From Octopus sinensis (lineage: Eukaryota), in assembly GCF_006345805.1 (NCBI RefSeq), contig NC_043003.1, forward strand, positions 79,174,001 through 79,238,000: 64,000 bases of DNA, written 5' to 3'. The notes below the pieces were generated by a model, which was not told the origin of the DNA, made no database searches, and saw nothing but the letters and a program-made list of their open reading frames with translations. Every line of letters begins with the position of its first letter. Within the stretch, counting starts at the first letter, position 1. Both the position numbers and the translations under genes were made by a program. Of the stretch, positions 12,660 to 25,532 are shown piece after piece.

Positions 12660-13068
12660 ATACTCTTTTACTCTTTTACTTGTTTCAGTCATTTGACTGC
12701 GGCCATGCTGGAGCACTGCCTTTAGTCGAGCAAATCGACCCCGGGACTTATTCTTTGTAAGCCCAGTACTTATTCTATCGGTCTCTTTTGCTGAACCGCT
12801 AAGTGACGGGGACGTAAATACAGCAGCATTGGTTGTCAAGCAATGCTAGGGGGACAAACACAGACACACACACATACATACACATATATATATATACATA
12901 TACACGACAGGCTTCCTTCAGTTTCCGTCTACCAAATCCACTCACAAGGCATTGGTCGGCCCGGGGCTATAGCAGAAGACACTCGCCCAAGATGCCACGC
13001 AGTGGGACTGAACCCGGAACCATGTGATTGGTTAGCAAGCTACTTACCACACAGCCACTCCTGCGCCT
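12660..13068 (-). mobile_element. SINE family A, full length
   Basis: Family A in reverse, ending ccactcctgcgcct. Confidence 0.9.
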
Positions 13069-13397
13069 ATATATATATCTTAATTATAATAAAGGGTTAA
13101 TTGCAACAAGTTGCTCAAAACCACATGCCGAAAATATTAGAAATAGCAGCCAAATTGATCACGATTTCTCCTACTAATAAAAAAGGAGAAATAGTGATCA
13201 ATTTGGCTGCTATTTCTAATATCTTCGGTATGTGGTTTTGAGCAACTTGTTGCAATTAACCCTTTATTATAATTAATATAATTCTTACCAAATATGGTCT
13301 TTTCCATACCGAAAAATCTACTAGGTGAAATTTATTAATTTTATTAAATTAATTATATTTCACCCTTTTTTGTATATATATATATATATATATATAT

Positions 13398-14681
13398 GGT
13401 GGGGTAGCAAAATTTACAATATTTTGAGGTAGGGATTGAAAGACAGTGTATGACCAATTAGTTTATTGAAAGTCATGAGAATTTATTTGCCACAAGAAAT
13501 TTCATATAATAGAAAATGTTTTTATTCTATGTGTCCTCCTTCTTTCTCAATAACTGCCTTCACACGCTTCCTGAAACTTGCACAAGTGTTCCTCAAATAT
13601 TCGGGAGATAACTTCTCCCATTCTTCTTTAATAGTATCTTTAAGAGAGTTGATATAACTGTGATGTTCTATTGGTAGCATGTTCTAAAACGCCCCCAATA
13701 GCATAATCCAGAGGGTTTAGGTCTGGGCTAAAAGACGGCCATAAACATGATTCCAAAAAATTGCTAAAGTTAGATTTGCAGAAATCTTGTACTTTTCTAG
13801 CTGTGTGGGCTGGAGCACCATCCTGTGTCTATACATAATTACCATCTGGGTAGTTTGCTTTAAGCCATGGCAATACCTGGTATCTCAGAGTCTTGTAGTA
13901 AGTATGAACATTGATCTTTTCATCAGCTTTGTAGAATTTTATAGGCATTTTCTTTCCATCGGAAGCCAGAACACCAAAAGCAATAACTTGAGCAGGATGT
14001 TTTGTTTTGAATGTCCCCTTAACCTCAGCTGTTGATTTTGCAATAAATCTGTCATTTCTGTGGTTCAAAACAGCATCGACAGTGAATGATCTTTTCATCT
14101 GAAAAGATCATTACAATGGAGGACTTTTTCTTGAACCATGTAATAATTTTCTTGCACCTTTCCAATCTCTTTTCCTTCATAGCTGTTGTCAACAAGTGTT
14201 TTGATGTTCTTGTGTAAGATTTTAACCTCAAATCATATTTTACTGCATTTCTAATGGTCTTGTTGTCTACCTCAAGTTCAATTGCCATTTTTATCATGGA
14301 TTTGGTTGGATCCTTTAGGATTTGGATTTGAGAGCTTTAATAAAAGCTTTGGTACGCTTTTTGTTGATCCCTCCACTTCCAGACTTTCTCGTAATAGTTT
14401 TGCTCATAGTCATTCTATTCTTTACATTATAAACAGTCTTTTTTCGACACTCTAACTATTCTTGAAATCTCCTTTGGTGTGACGAGTGCATTCAGCAAAT
14501 CACACACTCTTTGATGTTTACTTTCCCGATTACTCATATGGGCAAAAGTTTCTGAAAAGGTAAGGATAATAGTGTCAGGTATGATTATGACATCAATTTA
14601 TGCTAGGTTTCAAAGCAATTGACTCAGTGCCTGTTGAGAAAAACAACTTAACGTCCATTGTAGATTTTCCTTCCCCACCCT
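13398..14681 (-). mobile_element. maT-type (DD37D) Tc1/mariner element, copy 1, disrupted transposase
   Basis: About 26-bp TIRs (CAGGGTGGGGAAGGAAAATTTACAAT type). Transposase MSNRESKHQRVCDLLNAL...FSDEK...QDGAPAH-(37 aa from D)-SPDLNPLD, with a frameshift and a stop. Confidence 0.9.
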
Positions 14682-14967
14682 ATATATATAAAGATAAGAT
14701 CATTATTTTAAATATCGAACTTATGAAGTGGCCAGCATTGGAATAAAAACCTTCAAAGGTAATAATTATTATTAAAATTTGAACTTTTTTCAAGTTAAGT
14801 TTTGGCTGCTATTTCAAACGTGGTGGTATCTCTTAGATACCCTAAATTATAATTTTAATAATAATAATAATAATAATAATATATACACACATATATATAT
14901 ATATATATAATAGAAATATTAAAATTACTAAGTCTCTCTAAAAGAGATTACGGCAGCGTTACTGGAA

Positions 14968-15554
14968 ATTAATTGTTATCGCCATATTAATATGGCAGTC
15001 TTATAGATATAAGACTAAAGCTGTCGCTGATTAGCTCCATGAGGCCATCGCCTTAAGCTAGCTATCTGACACACAAACTGTGTCCATTATAACCTTCGAA
15101 CAAGGGAGGTCAGCCGCTTCACTGCCAGTCAGACAGCTACAGACACGTTTCAGGGTATTTGCCCTTTGTCAATGTAGTGTAGTCAGACCCAGCAGGTGTC
15201 GCCACTGATCATCTCTGTTCGAAAGTTTTATTTAATTTTAATATTTCTATTATTGAAAACAAGTGGATGTATTCCACCGAAACTAGGTAAATAAAACCTT
15301 CGAACAGAGACGATCAGTGGCAACACCTGCTGGGTCTGACTACGCTACATTGACAAAGGGCAAATACCCTGAAACGCATCTGTAGCTGTCTGACTGGCAG
15401 TGGGAAGCAGCTGACCTCCCTTGTTCGAAGGTTATAATGGACACAGTTTGTGTGTCAAATAGCTAGCTTAAGGCGATGGCCTCATGGAGCTAATCAGCGA
15501 CAGCTTTAGTCTTATATCTATAAGACTGCCATATTAATATGGCGATAACAATTA

Positions 15555-15556
<2 letters not shown>
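14968..15556. repeat. 589-bp palindrome of inverted Penelope-like pLTR segments
   Basis: Arms 14968-15234 and 15288-15556 are reverse complements; each carries a decayed hammerhead motif. Confidence 0.8.
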
Positions 15557-15607
<51 letters not shown>

Positions 15608-15844
15608 TATATACTTTATTAATAAAGCTCAGAAAAAAAAAAATTGTTGCCCAGAGTGTCACATTCCCGTTTGTTGGACAATTTTGGTTTTTAAACCAAA
15701 GCTGTCTGATGAACGGGAATGTGAAACTCTGAGTAACAGTTTTTGTGATGTCTGTGCAGCTTTATAATAAAGTATAGTACTCTACCTCTGGTGGTATTCG
15801 AGTATTATTTTTTCCACCTTGTTTTGCATTTATGTGCTTACTCT

Positions 15845-15892
<48 letters not shown>

Positions 15893-15983
15893 AGTTAATC
15901 CAAACAAGAAAGCACAAAAAAACACAACAACGCGAGGACGTGGAACAAATATAGTATTACTGGATGGTCAGGAAAGAAGGAGG

Positions 15984-16018
15984 GTTTAACGTTTCGAGCG
16001 GAGCTCTTCGTCAGAAAC
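15984..16018 (-). ncRNA. Minimal type I hammerhead ribozyme motif (Penelope-like pLTR)
   Basis: Minus strand GUUU-CUGACGA-A-GAGC-UCC-GCUC-GAA-ACGU-U-AAAC: stem I GUUU/AAAC, intact CUGANGA and GAAA core, stem II GAGC/GCUC, palindromic ACGU stem III. Confidence 0.75.
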
Positions 16019-16499
16019 ATAGGAGAAGGAAAGATCCAGAGAAGAGAAGACAGAGGAAAAAAAGTGCCAACGGTACACACGCGGTCACATTTTGAATGGT
16101 TATTCACAAATGCAAGGACCTTGAACTGAGGCAACTATCCCAGTGCTTCTTCACCATCTGCTGAGGCAGGTCAGAAAGTTTTTTTAGTTATAACTGTTGT
16201 ATCCCTTAGAAAAAGGAAAAAAAAAACAAAGCTGCAAGAAGTAATGAGAATTGTTTGGATGTGTGTGTGTTCTGTGAGCGAAAGAGTGTATGTGTGTAAG
16301 TGTGTATGTGTGTGTCTATATTTGTGTGTGTGTATATGTCTGTGTGTGTGTGTGTGTGTTTGTGTGTGCCCCAAAATATAATCACATGATGATATCTTTA
16401 TCGTTTCTCTTTTTATTTATTCACATCTCTATTTCTTTCATTTAAAGTCCACATTTTATCCAAAGTTCATCTGTATCTAATTGTCTGCTAGTTTTTTCT

Positions 16500-16700
16500 G
16501 TTTACAAGTTAAGTTCACTGCCATCAATTTGCTGCTGGTGAATTCACCACCATTAAATTCACAGTGAGGAAAGTTTACCAAGAAAATATAACCATAGCAA
16601 CTCACCATTAATAATTAGAAACTATTTTATTGAAAAAAAAAAAAATGAATTGATGATAGTTCCCTTTCCCTGTGGTTAATTGATGATAGGGAACTTACTG
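16500..16700 (+). mobile_element. MITE with short subterminal repeats (aagttcac/aattcacc)
   Basis: Same family as the inverted copy at 21600-21792. Confidence 0.55.
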
Positions 16701-17127
16701 GACATGAGTTTTTCTATTGAATTTGTGGACTGAATTCTTTGACCCTTCTAGCACCACCCACCCACCCATCCTACTTTATTCCCTCCATCAAAACACACCC
16801 ATCCTTTCCTCTTCTTCTTACTCCTTTCTATTTTCTTTTCCTTTTCCTCTATTTTCTTCTCTTTTTTTTTCCCCTTTTCTCTTAATTCCCCCTCAACCAT
16901 CATACCCTACAACAGGAATCCATAGGTTTGGTAACAGTGGGTGCAATGGGTGCAAAAGAACACCTTACAATATTTTGGTGGGTTGGGAGTTCAGAGTGAA
17001 CTCCCAACTTTGAATACTTTGAATATCCTGGGTTGGATCTGTGTTTGCTCCACATAAGCAAATTTTGTTCCAGCACTTACACAGAAATCCTATTTAGAGA
17101 TCTACAAATTCCATTATTTCTTCAGAC

Positions 17128-17350
17128 GTAAGGTGGTGCGCTGGCAGAAATGTTAGCACACGAGGCAAAATGCTTAGCGGTATTTCGTCTACGTTTGTGT
17201 GCTGAGTTCAAATTCCGCCAAGGTTGACTTTGCCTTTCATCCTTTTGGGGTTGATAAATTAAGTACCAGTTGCGTACTGAGGTCAATCTAATCGACTAGC
17301 CCCCCCCTCCCCTAAAACATTTCGGGCCTTATGCATACAGTAGAAAAGAT
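17128..17350 (+). mobile_element. SINE family B
   Basis: ggtggtgcgctggcagaaatgttagcac...GAGTTCAAATTCC...gcctttcatccttttggggttgataaattaagtaccag. Confidence 0.8.
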
Positions 17351-17914
17351 TACTTCTTCAGATGTAACTTACTCAAAGACCCTGTGTACCCACAAGAAAC
17401 ATTTCAGAGTTACAGGAGACAGACTCAGCCACAATAGAATATATTATTAATCTCTACTAAAGCTGGTGGTATCATTAGTGTGACGGACAAAAAATGCTTA
17501 GCGGCATTTCATCCATCATTACATCCTGAATTCAAATTCTGCTGAGGCTGACTTTGCCTTTCATTCTTTCAGGGTTGATAAAATAAGTACCAGTTGAGTG
17601 CTGAGGTCAATGTAATTGACCTGTCCCCTCCCTCAAATTGCTGGCCTTGTGCTGAAATTCAATATTGCTATTAATCCCTACTATGGTATTGAGTACTTTT
17701 CTTTCCGACAATCAATGGGTAACATTGTCAACCTCCCTCATGTACCAAATGGGCAAACAACCAAGAGAAAACCACATACAGGACTGGTGATATGAAATCC
17801 CACCACCCTGAAGAAATCAGTCATTGAAGAATGATATGTAAAAGTAGAAAATCACAGTGGCACTCAAGCATGAACACAGCCAAATGGCTAAAATGAATCA
17901 ACATATACATATAT

Positions 17915-18297
17915 ATACATGGTTCCGGGTTAAGTCCCACTGTGTGGCACCTTGGGCAAGTGTCTTCTTCTGTAGCCTCGGGCCGACCAAAGCCTTGAGT
18001 GGATTTGGTAGACGGAAACTGAAAGAAGACCATCGTGTATATGTATATATATAATATATATATATATATAGATAATATATATATATATATATGTGTTTGT
18101 GTGTCTGTGTTTGTCCATCCACATGCTTGAGAACCGATGCTGGTGTGTTATGTCCCCGTCACTTAGCAGTTCGGCAAAAGAGACCGATAGAATAAGTACT
18201 GGGCTTACAAAGAATAGTCCCAGGGTCGAGTTGCTCGAATAAAGGCAGTGCTCCAGCATGGCCGCAGTCAAATGACTGAAACAAGTTAAAGAGTTAA
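17915..18297 (+). mobile_element. SINE family A (5' truncated)
   Basis: Family A body and tail. Confidence 0.85.
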
Positions 18298-18394
18298 GTG
18301 TATATATATAATATATATATATATAATATATATAATATAATAATATATATATACGTACATACATACAGTCCCAGCCCATCCAAAGTACCTTGGA

Positions 18395-18845
18395 TTGCAG
18401 AACAGCCTGCTGTGCTTAACTTGGATTGTAGGATGACCTGCTGTGCTTAACTTGGATTGTAGGGTGACCTGCTGTGCTTGAGACATATTGAGTCAAGTAT
18501 ATCAACATCAAATAAAAATCAAATGGAAATTATAGTTGGATACCTGTGCCGGGGGCACGTAAAAGGCACCATCCGAACATGGCTGATGCCAGTGCCGCCT
18601 TGACTGGCTTCCGTACCGGTGGCATGTAAAAAGCAACCAACCGATTGTGGCCATTGTCAGCCTCCCCTGGCACGTAAAGAGCACTCACTACACTCACAGA
18701 GTGGTTGGTGTTAGAAAGGGCATCCAGCCGTAGAAACACTGCCAGATCAGACTGGAGCCTAGTGCAGCCTCCTGGCTTCCCAGACCCCGGTCGAACCGTC
18801 CAGCCCATGCTAGCATGGAAAAACGGACGTTAAACGATGATGATA
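18395..18845 (+). mobile_element. RTE-type 3' tail fragment
   Basis: Same 3' end as the RTE at 33143-36725 (aagggcatccagccgtagaaac...aaacggacgttaaacgatgatgat). Confidence 0.75.
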
Positions 18846-18858
18846 CACACCTATATAT

Positions 18859-18919
<61 letters not shown>

Positions 18920-19854
18920 ATACATATATATGTGTGCGTGCATATATGTTATGTGCACACACACACATACACACACACATATACACACACACACACGCAC
19001 ACACACACAAACATATACAGCCATAAAAACCATGCCAAAACAGACACAGAAGTTTGATGCAGTTTTCTGCCTGGCCAGCTCCATACTGGCATGAAAGATG
19101 GATGTTAAATGATGATGATGATGATGATGTTGATATGTATATGTATGTATGTATGTATGTGTGTATGTATATATATATATAATAATAATAATAATAAGGG
19201 TGAAAAATTGAATATTAATTTGATTAATATCAATTTAAAACCAGTGGTCTAGCATATTAAAATCTGAAGATTCAGAAAAATTATATTACATATATATAAG
19301 AGGGATGACCACTATGTGGACATCCATTATGCTAGAAGTAGATCCACTGTGGTTTTACCACTAAGAAAGGAATGTTCTTGAGAACATTCCTTTCTTAGTG
19401 ATAAGACCATAAGTGGTATATATATATATATATATATATTAATAAATAGAATATAAGCATATATATAAACATATATGTACGTACCTACCTCTACATGTAC
19501 ATATACACGCATATATGAGTACAGGACACCAAAAAGACGTCGAACACAATGAGAAATGAAAACATAGACACAAACCAAAGGAACTGGACATTTTTCCTTT
19601 TTTAAACAACAAAAAATAGAGTACAGGACAATTAACACAAAGAAAAAACCCCTTCTTCAGTCGCTTTGGTTTCATCTACTCTACGTTTCGAAGGTGAAAG
19701 CGAGATGTATCTTCGACAAGAAACTTTCCTTCCTGTGAAAAGCAAATCAATTAAAATTCTGAGATCTTTTCGCAGAGGAGTAAAAAATTGTAACAAAAAC
19801 AGGACAGTAACGACAGTACAAATTATAAACAGTAAAAGTATATGCATATATATA

Positions 19855-20434
19855 CAAGGTGTGGTGAGTAAATTGTCATCTAAATTACGCAAATATGAAA
19901 ATAACACTGACATTTCATTTTATACAAAATTGGCACTTTCTCATCTTGTATGAGGAGTACCAAATATCTTTATGCATTACCTCCCTAATTAAAAATTCCG
20001 ACACTCCCATGTGCCTGGTGAAGGACCTGATTGACTTGGAGGCATTTTTGTCAATCATGGCCTGGATCTCACCAACAAATTCAGGTGTTGTTTTCTTATC
20101 AGAATGATCAGAGTGAGTTTTCCAAGCTGCTGTGTCTTTGTAATCATCATTAGACTCATCCAACTCTTTCTGAATCCACTGCACGGTCTCAAATTGACAC
20201 CTAAACACTCTGAAATATTTGTATTGGAGCTTCCAGCATGAATGCCAAGCAGTACAGCATGTTGTTTCCATATTTTTGGCAGAGTGAATTGTGTCATGGT
20301 GCTGGTTTTCTCACAAACAGTACCCAACTGACCCTACTATACTGTGTAGTCGACAAAATCAAAAACAAACAATGCACATGCATGAAATTAAGGCTATAAA
20401 ATGGCAACAATTTAACCATCACATCCTCCTGTGT
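19855..20434 (-). mobile_element. Internally deleted Tc1/mariner-superfamily element
   Basis: Imperfect TIRs next to TA. N-terminal remnant KHAVLLGIHAGSSNTNISECLGVN...TPEFVGEIQAMID...SIRS...MGVSEFLIREVMHKDI. Confidence 0.6.
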
Positions 20435-21599
20435 ATATATCCCCTCTCTCTCTTTCGGAGAGGCACTGAGCAGCAATACGCACACATACACACACGGCAG
20501 TAACTTCCGCCTACCGAATTCAATCACAAAGCTTCGGTTGGCTCAGGGCTATAGTGGAAGACACCTACCCAAAGTGCCATGCAGTGGGACGGAACCCGAA
20601 ACCATGTAGCTAGGAAGCAATCTCCCCAACCACACAGCTATGCCTGCGATGAAAAGAAATTTGACACATCCTGGTTGATTGTGTTCCTTATCAACATTGA
20701 ATCTAAGAAGTATGATACACAAAATTTCCCAGTTTACATTTTAGCCTATTACTTTAAGCTATTACTTAAGATAAAAAGCATTTAATGTGATATCCTTCTA
20801 TGATCCTCTTTTTTATAATGATCATCTGGTTGAAAACATGGACTTCCTTCCTTTTAGAATAAATAATCCTTTCCGCAATAGGAACAAGGCCTGAAATTTG
20901 AGGGGAGGGAGCTAGTCAATTACATCAACCCCAGTGTTCAACTGGTACTTATTTAATTGACCCCAAAAGGACAAAAGGCAAAGTGATCTCGGCAGAATTT
21001 GAACTCAGAACGTAAAGACATAAAATGCCACTAAACATTTTGCCTGGCTTGCTAACAATTTCTCCAGTTCATGACCATATCTTTTAGAATAAATAATGAA
21101 ATAACTTTGTAATTTTCTTTAAAAAATTTCACCAAGATAATTATAATGTACACTTTGAAAATTTTCTTTAAACACAAAATTTGCTTTATGAAAATTATGA
21201 GAAATCTAAGTCAGTGGAGGAAGACTAAACCATTGTTATGCCTATAATATTTAAGTGCACCCAAATATTCCCCATGATAAACAAACCAACTGCAACATGG
21301 TATCTAAGAAAGCAACTGAAAAATGCTTTTGTGACCTTCAAATAACCACTTTGTTTGACAAAGTGAATATGGCAAGTCATAATCAAAGATTAAACTGCTA
21401 TTGTATTGAACTTGCCCAAAAGTGACTCAAAGTGTAAGGGTAATAAGATTATAAGACGTTCTGAGCTGAAATTCCACCGAGGTCAGTTTTGTCTTTCATC
21501 CTCTCAGGATTGTTAAGATATGTATGAGCTGAACTGTGGGGTCGATTTAACCATCTTAACCCCATCCCACAAACCTGCTGGCCTTGTGCCAACATGTCT

Positions 21600-21792
21600 G
21601 GTAAGTTTACTATCATCAATTTACCACAGGGAAAGTTCACCATTTTTTTTTTAATAAAATAGTTTTTATATGTGAGATACTATAGATATATTTTCTCCAT
21701 AAACTTTCCTCATGGTGAACTTTATTCATGATGAATTTATGGTGGTGAACTTCCCCTTCAGTGAATTGATGGCAGTGAACTTATCTGTAACC
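21600..21792 (-). mobile_element. MITE, inverted sibling of 16500-16700
   Basis: Its reverse complement aligns by eye to 16500-16700. Confidence 0.55.
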
Positions 21793-21818
21793 TTGTGCCA
21801 AAATTTGAAATTAATACC

Positions 21819-22050
21819 TATTTCTTTACTACCCACAAGGGGCTAAACACAGAGAGGACAAACAAGGATAGACAAACGGATTAAGTCGATTATATCGACC
21901 CAGTTCGTAACTGGTCCTTATTTAATCGACCCCGAAAGGATGAAAGGCAAAGTGGACCTCGGCGGAATTTGAACTCAGAACATAGCGGCAGACAAAATAC
22001 CACTAAGCATTTCACCTGGCGTGCTAACGTTTCTGCCAGCTCACTGCCTA
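21819..22050 (-). mobile_element. SINE family B
   Basis: Family B in reverse; the flanks aaatttgaaattaat / aaattttaaattaat look like a TSD. Confidence 0.8.
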
Positions 22051-23183
22051 AAATTTTAAATTAATTTTCATACTTGAGCATTAGGCCTCATGGAGGCAGT
22101 GACAGGTGACTGAGACCTTTGGCAATACACCGTGCTTATGTAGATCTGTCAAATCAAGTGCCGATGTCATATCAATGGCACCTGTGTTGATAGTACGCAA
22201 AATACACCCACTATACTCTTGGAGTAATTGGCATTAGGAAAGGCATCCAGCCATAGAAATCTTGGAGTGATTGGCATCAGGAAAGGCATCCAGCCATAGA
22301 AATCTTGCCAAATCAGAGTGGAACCTGGTATAGCTCTCCAGCTTACTAGTTTTCAGTCAAACCATCCAACCCATGCCAGCATGGAAAGCAGATGTTTAAT
22401 GATGATGAATATTATAAGACTTTCAGTCTAAATCCAGATTACCACATTTGCTAGCGTATAAGACACCTTTTTTTTTTTTATCAAAAACTTGTCTAGCATC
22501 TAATGCCGCTGTATTAGAAATGCAAGACTGAGTGTTGTAGGCAAGAGAACCAGATGAGTGTAAGTCTGCTAGATACAATAATTGTACTAATAGTAAAATA
22601 TCGGAAGGAGGTCAAAGTATTGCAGTCCGTTAGCAGAAATGTGACAATTGCTGAGGGAATATTGGCAGTTATGTGGGGAAATTACATCATCTCAGTACCT
22701 CACTAGCATTCAGATTATTCTGTCAAACATACTGCCCAGCACTGTGACTTGGTTGTCATCCAATCATTACAAATATCAAGTACATTGATCACAGTGCTTG
22801 ACTGGTATTTATTTTATGGACCCTAAGAGTGTGAAAGGCAAAGTCAACTTTGGTAGAATTTGAGCTCAGAACATATAGACAAATGAAATGCCTCTAAGCA
22901 TTTTGTCCAGTGTGTTCACAGTTGTACCCGCTTTCCACCTTAATGGCAATGATAATGGTTTCAAATTTTGGCACAAGGTCAGCAAGTCTGGGGAGAGGGT
23001 CAAGTCAATTTCACTTACCCAAGTTGTCAACTGGTACTTATTTTATTGACCCCAAAAGAATGAAAGGCAAAGTCGACCTTGGCAGACTTTGAATTATGAA
23101 TGTAAAGACAGATAAAATGCCACTAAGCTTTTGGCCTGGCATACTAACGATTCTGCTAACTTGCCACCTTAATAATAATAATG

Positions 23184-23223
<40 letters not shown>

Positions 23224-23244
23224 CAACAACAAAAATAACAGTGA

Positions 23245-23575
23245 TAAGTGCAGAATTTGTGGACAAAATGGTGAAGCCTTATGGCGAATTACTAGTTAAT
23301 GTATGCCACTAGCCCAGAAAGAATATGAGACATCAGGATAATATAACAAGGATTGTCCATTGGACACTTTGCAATAAGTATGGACTTGAGAGAGCAAAAA
23401 AGTGGTGCAGACATAAACCTAAAGGCATCATTGAAAATGATAATGCAAAGATCCTATGGGATTTTATGATTCAGTGAGACCATGAGATAGAGAATAGGAA
23501 ACCAGACATAGTGTTAATTGAGAAAGAAAGCAAACGATACTGGCTCATAGATATAACATGTTCAGCTGACAACAC
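23245..23575 (+). mobile_element. R4/Dong-like LINE relic (CCHC knuckle plus RLE)
   Basis: DKCRICGQNGE....ITS*C.PLAQKEY...VHWTLCNKYGL...KILWDFMIQ*DHEIENRKPDIVLIEK...LIDITC. Confidence 0.8.
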
Positions 23576-24074
23576 CGTTGTGTATTTTCTTCATCTGCTC
23601 TATCATTTTACCCTCTTAACATTTTATCCCATATATTTTCATTCAGAGATATCTAGTAAATACATATTTGAATGAAAATATTCATTCACTGTACTCTGAG
23701 GTATCTATCGCTTATTTCTAACCTGAAATATTCCGTTCATAATGTTATTCCCATTTTCTATCATTAACTATCAGTAACTATCATTTCTATTAGTAATTTC
23801 ATAATAAATCATAACTGATCCAAAACAATTTGTGTACATATTCTTCCTTATACACAGATTCAAAACAAATTATAAAAAAATATATTTTTTGCATGGAAAT
23901 TGAAAAAAAATGTGTATGTTAAGAGGTTAATGTAGCAAATGCACTCATCTGCATTTTGTTTTTGGAATCAGGCACCTTCATATTTTTTCTTTTCCCTGGT
24001 TCCAAGTCCATGTGTATAAGTATATAAATCCATATAAAAATCTGCAAGCTCCAGATATTGTTATACAAACATTA

Positions 24075-24655
24075 GTGGTAGTCAGTGCATTCTGAGTAAC
24101 TATGCACTGTAAGAGGTTAATGAGGCATGTTTTTTTTTTTTGTGGTGCAAGCAGTATTTTCAACTGATAACTAACATGTTTAATCACAGGTCAAACCATG
24201 ATAAAGGAAATATGGTTCACAATTCATAGATCAGTGATGAATGAATCCAGTGATAAACAATCTGAGTAACTGAGCACTGTGAGAGGTTGCTGGGGCACAT
24301 TTTAGTGGAACAGGCAGTATCTTCAACTGATCCCCAATTTGTCTAATCACAGATCAGCCCATGATAAGCATAACATGGCTCATAATTGAGCAAACTGTGT
24401 TATCCCAGATCAGTGATGAATAAATCCAGTGATAACAATCTGAGTAGCTGAGCAGTGTGAGAGGTTACTGGGTTACTGTTTTTGCAGTACAGGGAGTTTC
24501 TTCAACTGATCGCCAATGCTTCAGCATGGCCACAGTCAAATGACTGAAACAAAGAATAAAAGAATATGTAATCACAGATAAACCCATGTATAACATGGTT
24601 CATAATTGAGCAAAATGTGTTATCCCAGATCACTGATGAATGAATCCAGAAATAA
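24075..24655. repeat. Degenerate ~179-bp tandem repeat, about 3 units
   Basis: agatcagtgatgaat anchors at 24228, 24407 and 24627; the third unit contains a ~50-bp SINE tail. Confidence 0.75.
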
Positions 24656-25532
24656 ACTAGACTAAATGTACTTTATTTTATCAGCTACAAAATGATGACA
24701 GGTAAAGTTAACCTCAATGGGATTTGAATATCTAGCCCTGATTGAATCTCCTACATCACTGATATACACTTGCTCTATGTGGGGTGGTCTATCAATTGTC
24801 TGATAGAGTGTTAAACTAAAAGTCTTGTATTGAGGTAATCAGGTCCTTCACCAGGCACAGTGCATAGTTACTCAGTTCAAATTTCACTGTTATCAACTTT
24901 GATTTTTCCTATGTAAGAAACAAATTTATACCAAAGTGATTCTTAAATAAACGTGACCCTTTAAAATTTGGTAATTTTTCAGCACTTTTAAGATATGCTT
25001 ATATGTCTTTCTGGTTATCCTCAAGTTTAGAATATCACTTTCACATTTGTCAATCAAGACTGTGTGTCCCAAGCATAAGATAGTCTGAATCAAATCTATC
25101 AAAACTCTTTCTCGGTGATCCATGTTAGCCACCAGCTATTTTTATTATGTTTTATGACCACATCTTCATCCTCATCATCAACATTATCATCATTTAATGC
25201 CTATTTTCTATGCTGGCATGGGTTGGGTGGTTCAACAGCAACTGGCAAGTCAGAAGACAGCACCAGTCTCTGATGTCTTCTTTGGCATGGTATATTATAT
25301 TAATTATTATTATTCTGATCCCCCTAGTCGCCACTCTGTTACTATTTCAGCCTCGCCTCGTTTTTGCATATTCTGTATAATTCACTAGTTATCGTTATAG
25401 ATATTTAAGATCTATCTCCCTTACAGGGCTGATAAAATTGGCTGCCGATTCTTCGCGGCGGCCCGCCCTGCCCACCCCCCCCCCAATACCGGATATCTCT
25501 ATTTTGCTCCAACTATACCGGATGTCGTTTCT

